Part shown: piece by piece, positions 10,015 to 20,208 of the stretch
Layout of the letters: each line of letters begins with the position of its first letter
Position numbering within the stretch: position 1 is the stretch's first letter
NCBI GenBank assembly: GCA_964654605.1
Contig: CAZZLW010000081.1
Coordinates: forward strand, 2,939 to 66,938
Length of the DNA: 64,000 nucleotides
Source: an uncultured Cytophagales bacterium
GTDB taxonomy: Bacteria; Bacteroidota; Bacteroidia; Cytophagales; Thermonemataceae
Reading direction: 5' to 3'
Notes under the pieces: model-generated
The model's input: only the letters and a program-made list of their open reading frames with translations
Told to the model about the DNA's origin: nothing
The model's database searches: none
Made by a program: the position numbers and the translations under genes

Positions 10015-11400
10015 TCAGAAGGCGTTTTTATCGCCTTTGAAAATCGCCTTGATTGTCCAGAAAATAATGAGAATATCCAACCAAAACGACCAATTTTCTA
10101 TGTAAAATACGTCCATTTTCACCCGATTTATCATAGAGCGAACATCACGGGTTTCGCCTCGGTAGCCTTTTACTTGGGCAAGCCCTGTAACTCCCGGTTT
10201 TACCAAATGCCTCACCATATATTTTTCTACAATGTGCTGAAATGTATTATTCAGTTCCAAAGGGTGAGGACGGGGACCCACCACGGTCATATCTCCTAAA
10301 AGTACATTAAAGAACTGCGGTAATTCGTCTAAACTTGTTTTTCGTAAAAATTTACCAATTTTAGTTACTCGGCTATCGTTGCGTGTAGCTTGCACAAATT
10401 CTGCATCTTTTTGGTAGGTCATTGTGCGAAATTTGTACACCCAAAATATTTTCCCATCTTTACCTGCTCGCTTTTGCTTGAAAAAAACTGGACCTTTGGA
10501 AGTTAGTTTGATAAGCAAAGCGATAATAGGAAACAGCCAAGTAAAGATAAATAAAATTACTGAAAGCGAAAAGAAAATATCAAAACTTCTTTTCAGAAAC
10601 TGGTTGAAAGCGTCATTGAGCGGCTCTCGGCGAGAAAGCACCACAGGTACATTCCCAAACTGCTCTACGGCTACTTCGGCGGCAGTAAAATCTTTTAAGT
10701 TGGGAAGCAGGCGTATGCGTTTGAGGTGGTTATCGGCAAATTGGGTAATTTTTTTGAGTTGCTCGCGACTGATGCTATCTAGCGAGCAATAGATTTCGTC
10801 AATATTGTTTTCTAAAACAAATTTTTCCAAGTCTTTGAGTTTGCCTTTTATGAGCGAATTGTTTTCTTCTTTTTCGTCGAAAAAGCCAAAAAACTGATAG
10901 CCTCTATCTTTATTTTTGGTAACAAAATTGTATAAATCCAAACCTGCTTTTCCATAACCTACAATCACAATGCGGACTTGGTTGTAGCCCATTTTTCGGT
11001 AAATTCGCAAGAGCCACAAAATTAACATTCGCCAAATAGCAATAAGTATGGCAAAAGTGGAATACGAAACAATCAGGTGAAAGCGTGAATAGGCTTTTTC
11101 TTGAATAAGTACCAAAAAAATAGCCATAAGTGCAAAATGCCAAGCAATGGCTTTGAGCATTTTACGAACAATTGTCCAGTATTCTTCTAAACGTGAAATT
11201 TGATAAGTTTTGGCAAAAATGGCAATCCCAATCCAAACTATATTGGCGTAAATGCCTATATACCAATAAGGCTCTTCAAAAACCCCTTCAAAACTTTTGA
11301 AGCGAATGAGATAAGCTATCAGAAAGGCTAAATTCAGAGCAAATATATCTCCTAAGGAATAGAAAAAACGCACAAGCCTTCTGTATGAAGATTGCTCCAT
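10015..11400 (-). CDS. undecaprenyl-phosphate sugar phosphotransferase (WcaJ/bacterial sugar transferase family)
   Basis: N-terminal TM helices, a central Rossmann-like region, and a C-terminal sugar-transferase domain (KRSFDI..., FRTM, DELPQFFNVLLGDMTVVGPRP). Confidence 0.85.
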   Translation of the reverse strand: MEQSSYRRLVRFFYSLGDIFALNLAFLIAYLIRFKSFEGVFEEPYWYIGIYANIVWIGIAIFAKTYQISRLEEYWTIVRKMLKAIAWHFALMAIFLVLIQEKAYSRFHLIVSYSTFAILIAIWRMLILWLLRIYRKMGYNQVRIVIVGYGKAGLDLYNFVTKNKDRGYQFFGFFDEKEENNSLIKGKLKDLEKFVLENNIDEIYCSLDSISREQLKKITQFADNHLKRIRLLPNLKDFTAAEVAVEQFGNVPVVLSRREPLNDAFNQFLKRSFDIFFSLSVILFIFTWLFPIIALLIKLTSKGPVFFKQKRAGKDGKIFWVYKFRTMTYQKDAEFVQATRNDSRVTKIGKFLRKTSLDELPQFFNVLLGDMTVVGPRPHPLELNNTFQHIVEKYMVRHLVKPGVTGLAQVKGYRGETRDVRSMINRVKMDVFYIENWSFWLDILIIFWTIKAIFKGDKNAF

Positions 11401-11461
11401 AAATACTACTAAATTTTAGCCCAAAAATACAGAAAATTCTGTTTTTATTCCAAGATTAAAG

Positions 11462-11510
11462 TGATTTTCAAGATTTTTAGAATTTTATATTTGATGATTT
11501 TCAAAGATTT
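11462..11510. repeat. GATTTTCA-type intergenic repeat element, copy A
   Basis: TGATTTTCAAGATTTTTAGAATTTTATATTTGATGATTTTCAAAGATTT. The first ~30 nt are nearly identical to 15077..15106. Confidence 0.6.
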
Positions 11511-11613
11511 ATCCCAAAGGTCTTGGGAAACTGACTTTTATTGAATGTACTAAAAACTAAAACTCTACGGCAGGTAGAGTTTTAGGTAATGTATTCAGGT
11601 TGAAAAATTTGGA

Positions 11614-12195
11614 TTAGCGTCCTTGGCTTAATTTTTCCATTTCAGCCTCAAAAGTTTTTTTGAATTTTTCGTAGTCGTAGTCAATTTTGAGGCGTTCTTC
11701 TTGGGAAAGTTTTTGCATACGTTTGTTGTAAGATTCAAGCAAATCGTCTGTGGTGAGTTCTATGGCAATATAGTATTTGTACGTACCTTGTTGAGTTTTT
11801 ACGAGTTTTTCGCAGATAGTTTTTGTTCCAGCAATTTCTTGGTCAATCACTTCGCGGGTTAGGTTCTCGTAGCGTTCTTCTACTTCTTCTTTGTTGTTGA
11901 ACTCACGTGAATTTACGTAATTATCCGTAACTGCCTTGATACGGGTATTGATGCTACGAGCCAGTTCATCGCGACAGTTGCTCAATGCTTTACGTTTGGC
12001 AACCATTTGGTCTTGGCTTTCACCCATTGCATTGGCTCGGAAAGTTTTTTTATCCGTAAAGTACTGCGGACCAGAGCAGGGTACTACCACTTCCTCCTCA
12101 CCTTTGGGAAGTTTGACTTTTTCTTTCTTTCTACAAGAAAACGAAACTACGGCTACCAGAGCTATAAACGTGAAATAGATAAATGACTTTTTCAT
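11614..12195 (-). CDS. hypothetical lipoprotein
   Basis: Signal peptide plus lipobox (VVSFSC). Charged helical C-terminal half. Confidence 0.55.
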   Translation of the reverse strand: MKKSFIYFTFIALVAVVSFSCRKKEKVKLPKGEEEVVVPCSGPQYFTDKKTFRANAMGESQDQMVAKRKALSNCRDELARSINTRIKAVTDNYVNSREFNNKEEVEERYENLTREVIDQEIAGTKTICEKLVKTQQGTYKYYIAIELTTDDLLESYNKRMQKLSQEERLKIDYDYEKFKKTFEAEMEKLSQGR

Positions 12196-12369
12196 AAAAA
12201 CAGTTTTTTTGGTTATACATTACTCGTAAAGCACGAATAATGCCAAAGTTAGAAAAACTTTCTAAAAAAAGCAAAATTATTTTGTAAAATTTTGAAAATC
12301 AGCGATTATTTGCATTTTCCGTCAGAAAAAATAAAAAGCAATATCATTGATGATGTTACTGCTCACAAC

Positions 12370-13305
12370 TTATTTTTTATTTTTCAACTTTTCAATGGTT
12401 TCTTTTACGGCGGTTCTGTTATCAGTAGGCTGGTACTTGAATATTTTATTAAATTTGGAGCTATCAAAGTAATAATCTCTATCGTATTGATAACGCATTT
12501 CGTACATTTCTTTCAGAATAGGTACAAAAAGTCCAAGAACCCTCATACCCCAACCAGGTAGAACTTGGTATTGATTGCTTGTGTTCATTTCTTGGGCAAA
12601 AAGGTCTATCCATTGCTCACCAGTGATTTTTTGAGGGTCTGTTGGTAAGTTCCAAATTTGATTATAGGCTTCGGGGGTATTGCCCAGCATTGCTGTACCT
12701 TTTGCCAAATCGGGGGCATAGCCTGTTGTATGAATAACCTTGGCATTACAAAACCATTGAGCTTTTTTGCCTTTGGCTAAATTATCATATACCAAGTTCA
12801 TCAAAAGACTTCTTTCCTTAAACTCACTGAAAAAGTCGGGGGCACGAGCTATAATCGCGTTTAATTGATTGCTTTCAATAGCATTAAGAATAAGTTTATC
12901 CACTTGGGCTCTAACTTCTCCTTTTTTACTAGTAGGGCTGATAGGAGAGGTTTCTGTAATATGTTTTACATTATCGCCACCAATGGCATAGACATTATCA
13001 AAGAAAACAAGTTTGCATTTGAATTTTTCACAAGCGTCTATTACGTTCCGTACCAGAGGCACCCACATTTTTTGCCAGAGCTTGGTGTTGTAATCTATGC
13101 CTACCGTGAGATAGACTATTTCGCTACCTTCTACTGCCTTTTCAACTTGTTCTTTGACAGATAGGTCAGCACTCAGCAGTTCATCGTTAGGATTTACTTT
13201 TTTGGGATTTCTACTGACAAGCCTGATGCTATGAGTATAACTGGATAATGCTTTTGCCAATTCTGTTCCAATGGCTCCACCTGCACCTAAAATGGTTTGT
13301 TTCAT
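12370..13305 (-). CDS. NAD(P)-dependent epimerase/dehydratase-family (SDR) protein
   Basis: N-terminal Rossmann motif ILGAGGAIG. Length and layout match an extended or atypical SDR. Confidence 0.7.
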   Translation of the reverse strand: MKQTILGAGGAIGTELAKALSSYTHSIRLVSRNPKKVNPNDELLSADLSVKEQVEKAVEGSEIVYLTVGIDYNTKLWQKMWVPLVRNVIDACEKFKCKLVFFDNVYAIGGDNVKHITETSPISPTSKKGEVRAQVDKLILNAIESNQLNAIIARAPDFFSEFKERSLLMNLVYDNLAKGKKAQWFCNAKVIHTTGYAPDLAKGTAMLGNTPEAYNQIWNLPTDPQKITGEQWIDLFAQEMNTSNQYQVLPGWGMRVLGLFVPILKEMYEMRYQYDRDYYFDSSKFNKIFKYQPTDNRTAVKETIEKLKNKK

Positions 13306-13435
13306 ATCTGATATGTTTGAGATTGCTCTTGATGCTAATTGGCAATTTTACTGCTCAATGTATAATGAAATATAACTCACAATGTTATCGCAGAATCAAA
13401 AAATGCTTTTCAAGCCAAACAAGCTACGCTTTTTT

Positions 13436-14968
13436 CTAATACACCCTAATTTTTTGCCCTACGGCAAGGTTTTCGCCTTTAAGATTGGGGTTTAACTTTC
13501 GGATTTGCTCAACAGAGCCGTTGTAGCGTTTGCTGATACTCCAAAGCGTATCGCCTTGTCTGACAACGTGATACACTGCTTTGCTTGCAGAAAGCGTATT
13601 TTTGTTAGTTGCTCCTGCTACTGCTCCTACGGGTGGGGTTTTAAGGGCTACTTTATGAACTGGAACTTTTGTTTCTGGGCTATTTTGAGCCTCTTTTTCA
13701 CCACTTTCTGTTTTGTTATTGTTTTGAGCTAAATTTTCTTCGCTATTTTCAGGAGTTTCCTTTTCTTTCTCCTCTTTTTCTTTGTTTTTTTCTTCTACCC
13801 ACAACACAAGGCGTTGCGAAGCCATTAGGTTTTGAGAGCGAAGTTTGTTCCAAAGCATTACATCGCGGGTATGTACTTGATACACTTGGGCAATTTGAGC
13901 AAGTGTTTCGCCTTTGCGTACCGTATGCGTAACTTTCTTTTTACCTTTGGTACTGGCAAGAGCTTCGTTGTAAGTAGTAGGATAGGGAATATACTGATAG
14001 CTTCCTTTGCTGGCGGCTTTGAGAATATCTTCGCGGTGTTCGTTGAAATATTCTACTTTGTCTTTGGGAATACGCAAGGCGTAATCTTTGTAATGGCGAG
14101 GTACTACATTTTTTTTCAGCTGAGGATTTAGCACTTGCAAAACTTCAAAATCAATATCTAATTGTTTGGCAAGTTCTTTTACATTTACAAATTGGCTTAC
14201 TACAATCGTATCGGCAGGAATGTAAGTATGTACCTCTTCGGGAAGTTCGGCAAAATGCTCGTGATGATAGTTGAATACGTAAGTTACAGCGATAAAAGTA
14301 GGCACATAGGCACGTGTTTCAGCAGGAATGTAAGGATAAATATCCCAAAAATTTCTTTTACCTCCTGCCCGTTTGATAGCTTGGTCAATTCTACCCGGAC
14401 CCGCATTGTAGGCGGCAAGAGCCAGATGCCAGTCGCCAAATCTTTCATACAAATATTTAATAAAGCGAGCCGCCGCTTCGGTAGATTTGTAAGGGTCTAT
14501 GCGTTCATCAATATAAAAATCTTGTTTTAAGCCATACATTTTACCTGTGAAAGGCATAAATTGCCACAAGCCCACTGCCGAAGCCCAAGAAGTTGCTTTG
14601 GGAATAAGAGCCGATTCTACTACCGAAAGGTATTTGAGTTCATCAGGCATATTGTATTTAGCCAAAATTTCCTCAAAAATAGGGAAATAGCGGTCTTTCC
14701 TCATCAAATAATACTTGATTTGCTTGCGTTGTTTTACGCAAAACCGCTCAATCTGCTTTTTTACAACATTGTTGTAAGTAAGCGGAATTTCATTTTCTAT
14801 GCACTTCAAACGCTCTGCAACGAGGTCGTCGTGAATTGCGGGGATATAACCTTTAAGTTCAGCATCAATTTCTGAATTTTTAGCGGTTTCCGGCTGCCCA
14901 TATAATTTGGGGCTTACACAGGCAAATGCTAAAAAGCCAAACAACAGAACCTTCACTACTTTTTTCAT
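13436..14968 (-). CDS. lytic transglycosylase with two LysM domains (MltD-like)
   Basis: SLT catalytic region (ESALIPKATSWASAVGLWQFMP, AYNAGPGR) and two C-terminal LysM repeats separated by an E/K/N-rich linker. ATG at 14968 gives a proper signal peptide. Confidence 0.85.
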   Translation of the reverse strand: MKKVVKVLLFGFLAFACVSPKLYGQPETAKNSEIDAELKGYIPAIHDDLVAERLKCIENEIPLTYNNVVKKQIERFCVKQRKQIKYYLMRKDRYFPIFEEILAKYNMPDELKYLSVVESALIPKATSWASAVGLWQFMPFTGKMYGLKQDFYIDERIDPYKSTEAAARFIKYLYERFGDWHLALAAYNAGPGRIDQAIKRAGGKRNFWDIYPYIPAETRAYVPTFIAVTYVFNYHHEHFAELPEEVHTYIPADTIVVSQFVNVKELAKQLDIDFEVLQVLNPQLKKNVVPRHYKDYALRIPKDKVEYFNEHREDILKAASKGSYQYIPYPTTYNEALASTKGKKKVTHTVRKGETLAQIAQVYQVHTRDVMLWNKLRSQNLMASQRLVLWVEEKNKEKEEKEKETPENSEENLAQNNNKTESGEKEAQNSPETKVPVHKVALKTPPVGAVAGATNKNTLSASKAVYHVVRQGDTLWSISKRYNGSVEQIRKLNPNLKGENLAVGQKIRVY

Positions 14969-15076
14969 CGGTAGAGTATTTGGTTTTTTACAAAACATTT
15001 GTCGTGCCAAAGCAAGTCGGCAGTGTAAAGGTATAGAAAGTTTTTTACACTGCCAAAATTTAAGTCAAGATTGAGC

Positions 15077-15123
15077 TGATTTTCAAGATTTTCAGATTTT
15101 TATATCTTGATTTTCAGGTTTTT
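15077..15123. repeat. GATTTTCA-type intergenic repeat element, copy B
   Basis: TGATTTTCAAGATTTTCAGATTTTTATATCTTGATTTTCAGGTTTTT, with three GATTTTCA units. Confidence 0.6.
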
Positions 15124-15145
15124 AGAAATATAAAAACAAAAGTTT

Positions 15146-17596
15146 TCATACTTTGATGCCCATTAGCAAAATATCATCTCTTTGCATCGTACCACGTTGG
15201 TAGGTGTCCAGAAATCCTTCTAAATGTTTTTTCTGTTCGCTCATAGGGAATTTGCAATTTTGGGAAAGCAAATACTTAAATTTAGCTTCTCCAAGTTTGA
15301 TACGCTCCACGTTGTTTTGGTCTGTGAAACCATCGCTACCCAAATAAAGCAAACTACCTGATTTGAGCCGAAGCTCTTGATTGGTGAAAGGAACAGTTTC
15401 ATTTTGGAAACCGCCAATAGAACGTCTATCACCTTTGAGCATAAAAACTTGGTCGTGGCCGGCTTCTATGTAGTAAAGCGGTCTTTTAGCCCCTGCATAA
15501 GTGAGTTTAGTGAATCCATCAGGTTGTTTTTCCAACACACACACCGATAAATCCATTCCATACTGATTGTCGGTTTTGTCTTGTTGTAGGGTAGAGCGAA
15601 TTTCCTCGTCCAATTTTTTTAGAATTTCAGCGGGTTCGGTTATCTGGTATTGCTTCACTACTTTGGAAAGCATTGTGCTACCAATAATACTCATCAAGGC
15701 ACCGGGTACGCCGTGTCCTGTACAATCTACGGTAGCTACAATTACTTTATTTTCAACTTGTTCTACCCAGTAGAAATCACCCGAAACTACATCGCGGGGG
15801 CGGAAAATGAGGAAATATTCGCCGAGTAGGTCTTTCATTTTATCTTCGTGAGGCAAAACAGCTTGCTGGATAGTCATTGCGGCATTGATACTTTTTTCAA
15901 TTTTTTCGTTTTGCTCGGCAAGAATAGCGTTCTTTTCGGCAATGGCATCTCTTTGAGCCATAATTTCCTCTTGGTTCTGACGAAGTTCCTCGTTTTGGGC
16001 GGCGATTTGGTTAGATTGCTCCTGAATAGCAATAGATTGCTCCTGAATTTCTTTGGATTGCTTTTCAATTTCTTTGGCTTGGCGTTCAATAGCATTTTTT
16101 TGCTTGCGTATGCGTATGTAAGTGTAAATGCTGTAAGCAAGCCCAATAACAGCCAAAGCAATGATAATCATTAAGAGTTGGTTGATAAGTTCATTGGCAC
16201 GGGCTTCTTTTTCGGCGGCTTCTTTTTGTTGTTTGGCGATTTTTTCTTTTTCTTTTACTTCAGCAAGCTCTTTTTCTTTAAGCACTTTTTCTTTCTCTTG
16301 GGCTTCAATTTTAATGGCTTGTAATTCTTTTTCACGTTGCAAAAGTTCGTTTTCTTGCTTTTGTTTTTCGGCTTCTGCTTGTTGTTTGGTGATTAAGAGA
16401 GCTTGCTCAATTCTTTTGCGTTCCAGCTCTTGGTTCAAGGCACGCGTACGGCTGATTTCACTTTCTTTACGAGCCAAATCGGCTTCTTGCTTGGCTTTTT
16501 CTCTTTCCAAAGCCAGCTGTTTTACGGTCATTTCTTGCTTTTCTTTTTCAGCAATATCTTGCTTGAGTTCGTTTTCTTTCTTTTCTACATTGATTTGCTC
16601 TTCAAGCAGTTTTTGCTGATTGGCGGCTTCTCGCTGTCTGACTTTCTCGCGAGTATCCTGATAGAGTTTGTTGTATTTTTGGTATTGAGTAAAATCTTTT
16701 TCTTTTTGGTAGATTTGAGCTAAAATATTGTAGCTAACTTCCAAAATGTTATCGCCATTGGGCAGGTTCTGAGCGATAGAAATTGCTTTTTCGGCTTGGG
16801 CAATGGCGGTTTTGCTTTTACCCGAAACGTAATTGTTAGCGGCTAAGTAATTGGAAAGGTTTGCAATTTCGTACTGATTTTTTTGCGATTCAGCAATTTT
16901 ATAGGCTTTTTGGAAGTAATCGCCTGCATCATCAAATTTCCCAATGTAGCTATACGTTACACCCAAATTGGTGTACATTGTGAGTTGCTGTTGGGGACGC
17001 AGACGGCTTAATTTGCCGTAAATAGCGAGAGCCTCCATAAAGTGATCCATAGATTTTTGTGTGTTGCCGAGCTGTCGGTACAAAAATCCTAAATTGTTGT
17101 GGGTATCGGCGACTGCCATCTCGTCGCCCAGTTCTTTGTTGAGTTGCAGGCACTCCAAAGTATAGTTCAAGGCATCTTGATTTTTATCGGCGGCTTCGCA
17201 AATTTCAGCCAATTTGTGTAGGGTATTTACTTCGTCTTTTTTGCGATTTTCCTTTTTTTGCAAACGCAAAATTTTATCGTAGGTCTTTTGAGCATTGTTG
17301 TAGTCTTTGAGGGCAATTTGTGAGTTACCAATTGCACTTAAGATAGCGATTTTAGCAGGATTGTTTTCATTGTTTTGCTCTTGCAACTGATAAACTTGCT
17401 CAAAGTATTCAATGGCTTTTTTGTGAGCATTTTGCTTTTGGTAAGTAAGTCCCAAACGTTCTAAAATATTGATACGTTCAGGAATATCTTTGGCTTTGTT
17501 GAGTTCGGCAAGTAGCGTATTGATACTATTTTGAGCCAGCAACTCTAAGCAAAAACAAGTAAAAACGAACAACAGGCAATACTTAACAGGTTTCAT
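15146..17596 (-). CDS. TPR / coiled-coil / single-TM / PP2C (SpoIIE-family) protein phosphatase
   Basis: Signal peptide, TPR repeats, an E/K-rich coiled coil, one TM helix (LMIIIALAVIGLAYSIYTYI), a second coiled coil, then a C-terminal PP2C domain (GDFYW, DCTGHGVPGA, GSDGF). Confidence 0.8.
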   Translation of the reverse strand: MKPVKYCLLFVFTCFCLELLAQNSINTLLAELNKAKDIPERINILERLGLTYQKQNAHKKAIEYFEQVYQLQEQNNENNPAKIAILSAIGNSQIALKDYNNAQKTYDKILRLQKKENRKKDEVNTLHKLAEICEAADKNQDALNYTLECLQLNKELGDEMAVADTHNNLGFLYRQLGNTQKSMDHFMEALAIYGKLSRLRPQQQLTMYTNLGVTYSYIGKFDDAGDYFQKAYKIAESQKNQYEIANLSNYLAANNYVSGKSKTAIAQAEKAISIAQNLPNGDNILEVSYNILAQIYQKEKDFTQYQKYNKLYQDTREKVRQREAANQQKLLEEQINVEKKENELKQDIAEKEKQEMTVKQLALEREKAKQEADLARKESEISRTRALNQELERKRIEQALLITKQQAEAEKQKQENELLQREKELQAIKIEAQEKEKVLKEKELAEVKEKEKIAKQQKEAAEKEARANELINQLLMIIIALAVIGLAYSIYTYIRIRKQKNAIERQAKEIEKQSKEIQEQSIAIQEQSNQIAAQNEELRQNQEEIMAQRDAIAEKNAILAEQNEKIEKSINAAMTIQQAVLPHEDKMKDLLGEYFLIFRPRDVVSGDFYWVEQVENKVIVATVDCTGHGVPGALMSIIGSTMLSKVVKQYQITEPAEILKKLDEEIRSTLQQDKTDNQYGMDLSVCVLEKQPDGFTKLTYAGAKRPLYYIEAGHDQVFMLKGDRRSIGGFQNETVPFTNQELRLKSGSLLYLGSDGFTDQNNVERIKLGEAKFKYLLSQNCKFPMSEQKKHLEGFLDTYQRGTMQRDDILLMGIKV

Positions 17597-17609
17597 AAAC
17601 GTAAAGTTT

Positions 17610-20204
17610 TTAGTGAATTACATAATTAAAGCTAAACATAAACCTTCTACCGAAATCAGGTAGCTGATTGGGTTTATAGAATATGGCACTATTCCAGCCT
17701 TGTGCATCAGAATTTAGTACATTCCAAACGGGCGAATTTAGCAAATTATTTACTTTTAATTCCATAAATAAGCCTTTTATGTTGAGCAATCTGTCAAAAT
17801 TTTGCCGGATATAGAAGTTAAAGTAAATACTTGCAGGTACATTGTGTTTGGTGAAATTATTAGGATTAACGTTGGGATTTTCAATTACTTGGTTGCCTTG
17901 TACAATAATGGCTTCGGGGCGGGCTTCTCCTACGTTGTTGTTGGCGGGGGCAAGCATTAAAATTCTACCATTAAAGTATCCTTCTAAACCTAAAACGGTT
18001 CCTTTTTTGAAAGAATGACTTGCTCCACCTTTTATCATTAGGTCGGGTGAATCCAAAGGCAGAAGCATATTGGGTAGTGGGTCATAAATAGGTGCTACGC
18101 CCCCTGAACCTATTGTACCTAATACGCCAGTACCTTCACGAGGGTTTTTGTAGTCCCTCATAAAAGCAAAGGCATCGGAAGGGCGGCGGAGAATATAATA
18201 AGTAGCCGAAGCCCAAAAATCGGTATTTTCTAACTTGTGAAATGCTGAAAGTGTAAATCCGATATTACTCCAAGCACTACCCGCATTAAAGGCTTGCAAT
18301 GCAGGATTGAACTGATACAAGCGGTTGTTTTGCAAATAGAAACTATTGAAAGTAACATTGCTACGCTTTTTATTGAAGCTATGACTTACTATCAGTTCGT
18401 AGTTATCGGTAATTTCAGACCTTGCTTCAATATCCAAAGGAAGACGGATAATTTCTTGTGGCGGCACAGCTCGGAAAGCACGTGCAAAAATTGCTCTTAC
18501 ATTGGTATTTTCTGTAAAGCGATAATTTACTACGGCTCTTGGGGTAATGTTTTGGTCTATTTTGTTCCTAGCCTGAATAGGAGTGTACTCGCTTGTATTG
18601 CTATTAAAGGTATAAACCAGTTGGTTACCAAAGTTACGATAAGCATCTTTGATAAATTGATAGTCGTAACGAACCCCTGCTGTGATGGTAAGTTTGGGAA
18701 TAGGGGTGTAAATAGCTTGTAGCCACAAACCGTAGTACCAACCATTATCAGAAATACCTCCTGAAGGGCGATAAAATAGAAATTTATTGTTTCGTGCAGA
18801 AATCCATTGGATATTTTTGTAGTCAGCGATTTCTAAATTTCCCCCTAAACTGATATTGATTTTTTCAGTTTTATAAGGTATCATTTGCATTTCTGCTCCC
18901 CAAGATTTGGTAATCCCTGCGTAATTGATACGTAGCCCACCGCCATTGTAAGCAAGGGTACTATCATTGAGCAAAGAGGCATCTATAAGCGTATTATACC
19001 TTACAAAATTGCCATCTATAAGCAAAAATCTATTCGCATTTCCACCACTGAAAGGATTTAGCAAAGTATTAAGTGCTGTAGAAGCCAACGTTTGCCCATT
19101 AACGGGGTTTCTATCAGTAAGGCTGAAATCTTGAATTTCGCGATTGGTACTCAAATTGTAACTGATACGAGCCGTAATACCCCATTTGGTAATAGGTTTA
19201 AGCTCTATGTAGGCGGCACCGTGGCTCCATTGGCGGTCGTTATCGGGATGGTTGAAAGTTACATTATCTTTGGGTTGTACCCAAGAAACGGCTCGGCTGT
19301 GCATAAATGCTCCTACGGAAAAATATTCACTATTGAAGCGAACATCAAAATTTGGAAAGTCGTAGCCTCCATTAAAACTTCCGTCATTGGGAACGTCCCA
19401 ATATACTTGATTGCGGTAAATAATATCGGCAAGTCCTGCTCCTTTTTTGGTAAAACTACTTTGCCAAGGGCGGCTTGTGTTTCCTGTTTTAGTATCGTAT
19501 TCCAATCCTCCCGAAAATCGGTATAAGGTTAATGAAAGATTAGATTTTTCAGAAATACCAAAAGTTAAACCTGTGGAATAACGTTGTACGATAGAATTTC
19601 TGCCAAGTTCTTCAAAAATGGCAGAAGTATAAAGTTTTATACGATTTTCACGGTTCAAAAATATGGGGTCGGCATTGCGAGTAATAATATTGACTACCCC
19701 TTGTACTGCAACACTTCCGTACAAAGCTCCTCCAGGTCCTCTCAAAATTTCCACTCTTTCCACATTATTCAAATCGCCTATTACATCTGCATAAAAATCT
19801 CCAAAATGGAAACGCTCATTGATACGATGCCCATTGATAAGGAAAAGCACATTACGGCGAGTGTTGTTGGTAAAAAATCCTCGGAAATCCGTATCAAAAT
19901 TATTTCCTGTGTAATGTGTATAAACTTCGGGCACCCGTGCCAGCAGTTCTGCCAAGTTCCGATAGCCATAGCGTTCTATATCCTCGCGTGTGATTACGGT
20001 AATACTTGCAGGGGCATCACTCAAATTCTCCTTGATACGCGAAGCCGTAACTACTTGCACCTCAGTTTCTTCCTCTTTTTTGAGTTTCAGGATTTCTTCC
20101 ACAGAGGAAGAAAACAACTTAATTTGCGAGCTATCTGTCTGAGCTTTGAGAGTGCCTACACTCATTATCCCAATGAGCATAAGCCATAAAAATGAGGGTT
20201 TCAT
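17610..20204 (-). CDS. TonB-dependent receptor
   Basis: Signal peptide, plug domain (ITVITREDIERYGYRNLAELL, VEILRGPGGALYG) and a long beta-barrel ending in an aromatic-rich C-terminus. No SusD partner gene follows. Confidence 0.85.
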   Translation of the reverse strand: MKPSFLWLMLIGIMSVGTLKAQTDSSQIKLFSSSVEEILKLKKEEETEVQVVTASRIKENLSDAPASITVITREDIERYGYRNLAELLARVPEVYTHYTGNNFDTDFRGFFTNNTRRNVLFLINGHRINERFHFGDFYADVIGDLNNVERVEILRGPGGALYGSVAVQGVVNIITRNADPIFLNRENRIKLYTSAIFEELGRNSIVQRYSTGLTFGISEKSNLSLTLYRFSGGLEYDTKTGNTSRPWQSSFTKKGAGLADIIYRNQVYWDVPNDGSFNGGYDFPNFDVRFNSEYFSVGAFMHSRAVSWVQPKDNVTFNHPDNDRQWSHGAAYIELKPITKWGITARISYNLSTNREIQDFSLTDRNPVNGQTLASTALNTLLNPFSGGNANRFLLIDGNFVRYNTLIDASLLNDSTLAYNGGGLRINYAGITKSWGAEMQMIPYKTEKINISLGGNLEIADYKNIQWISARNNKFLFYRPSGGISDNGWYYGLWLQAIYTPIPKLTITAGVRYDYQFIKDAYRNFGNQLVYTFNSNTSEYTPIQARNKIDQNITPRAVVNYRFTENTNVRAIFARAFRAVPPQEIIRLPLDIEARSEITDNYELIVSHSFNKKRSNVTFNSFYLQNNRLYQFNPALQAFNAGSAWSNIGFTLSAFHKLENTDFWASATYYILRRPSDAFAFMRDYKNPREGTGVLGTIGSGGVAPIYDPLPNMLLPLDSPDLMIKGGASHSFKKGTVLGLEGYFNGRILMLAPANNNVGEARPEAIIVQGNQVIENPNVNPNNFTKHNVPASIYFNFYIRQNFDRLLNIKGLFMELKVNNLLNSPVWNVLNSDAQGWNSAIFYKPNQLPDFGRRFMFSFNYVIH

Positions 20205-20208
20205 AACT

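Noticed and set aside
16161-16619. 152-aa Ser/Phe/Cys-rich ORF on the plus strand.
   Set aside because: It is antisense to the Glu/Lys-rich coiled-coil coding region of the PP2C gene. GAA/AAG-rich codons produce open TTC/CTT-rich antisense frames, so this is a compositional artefact.
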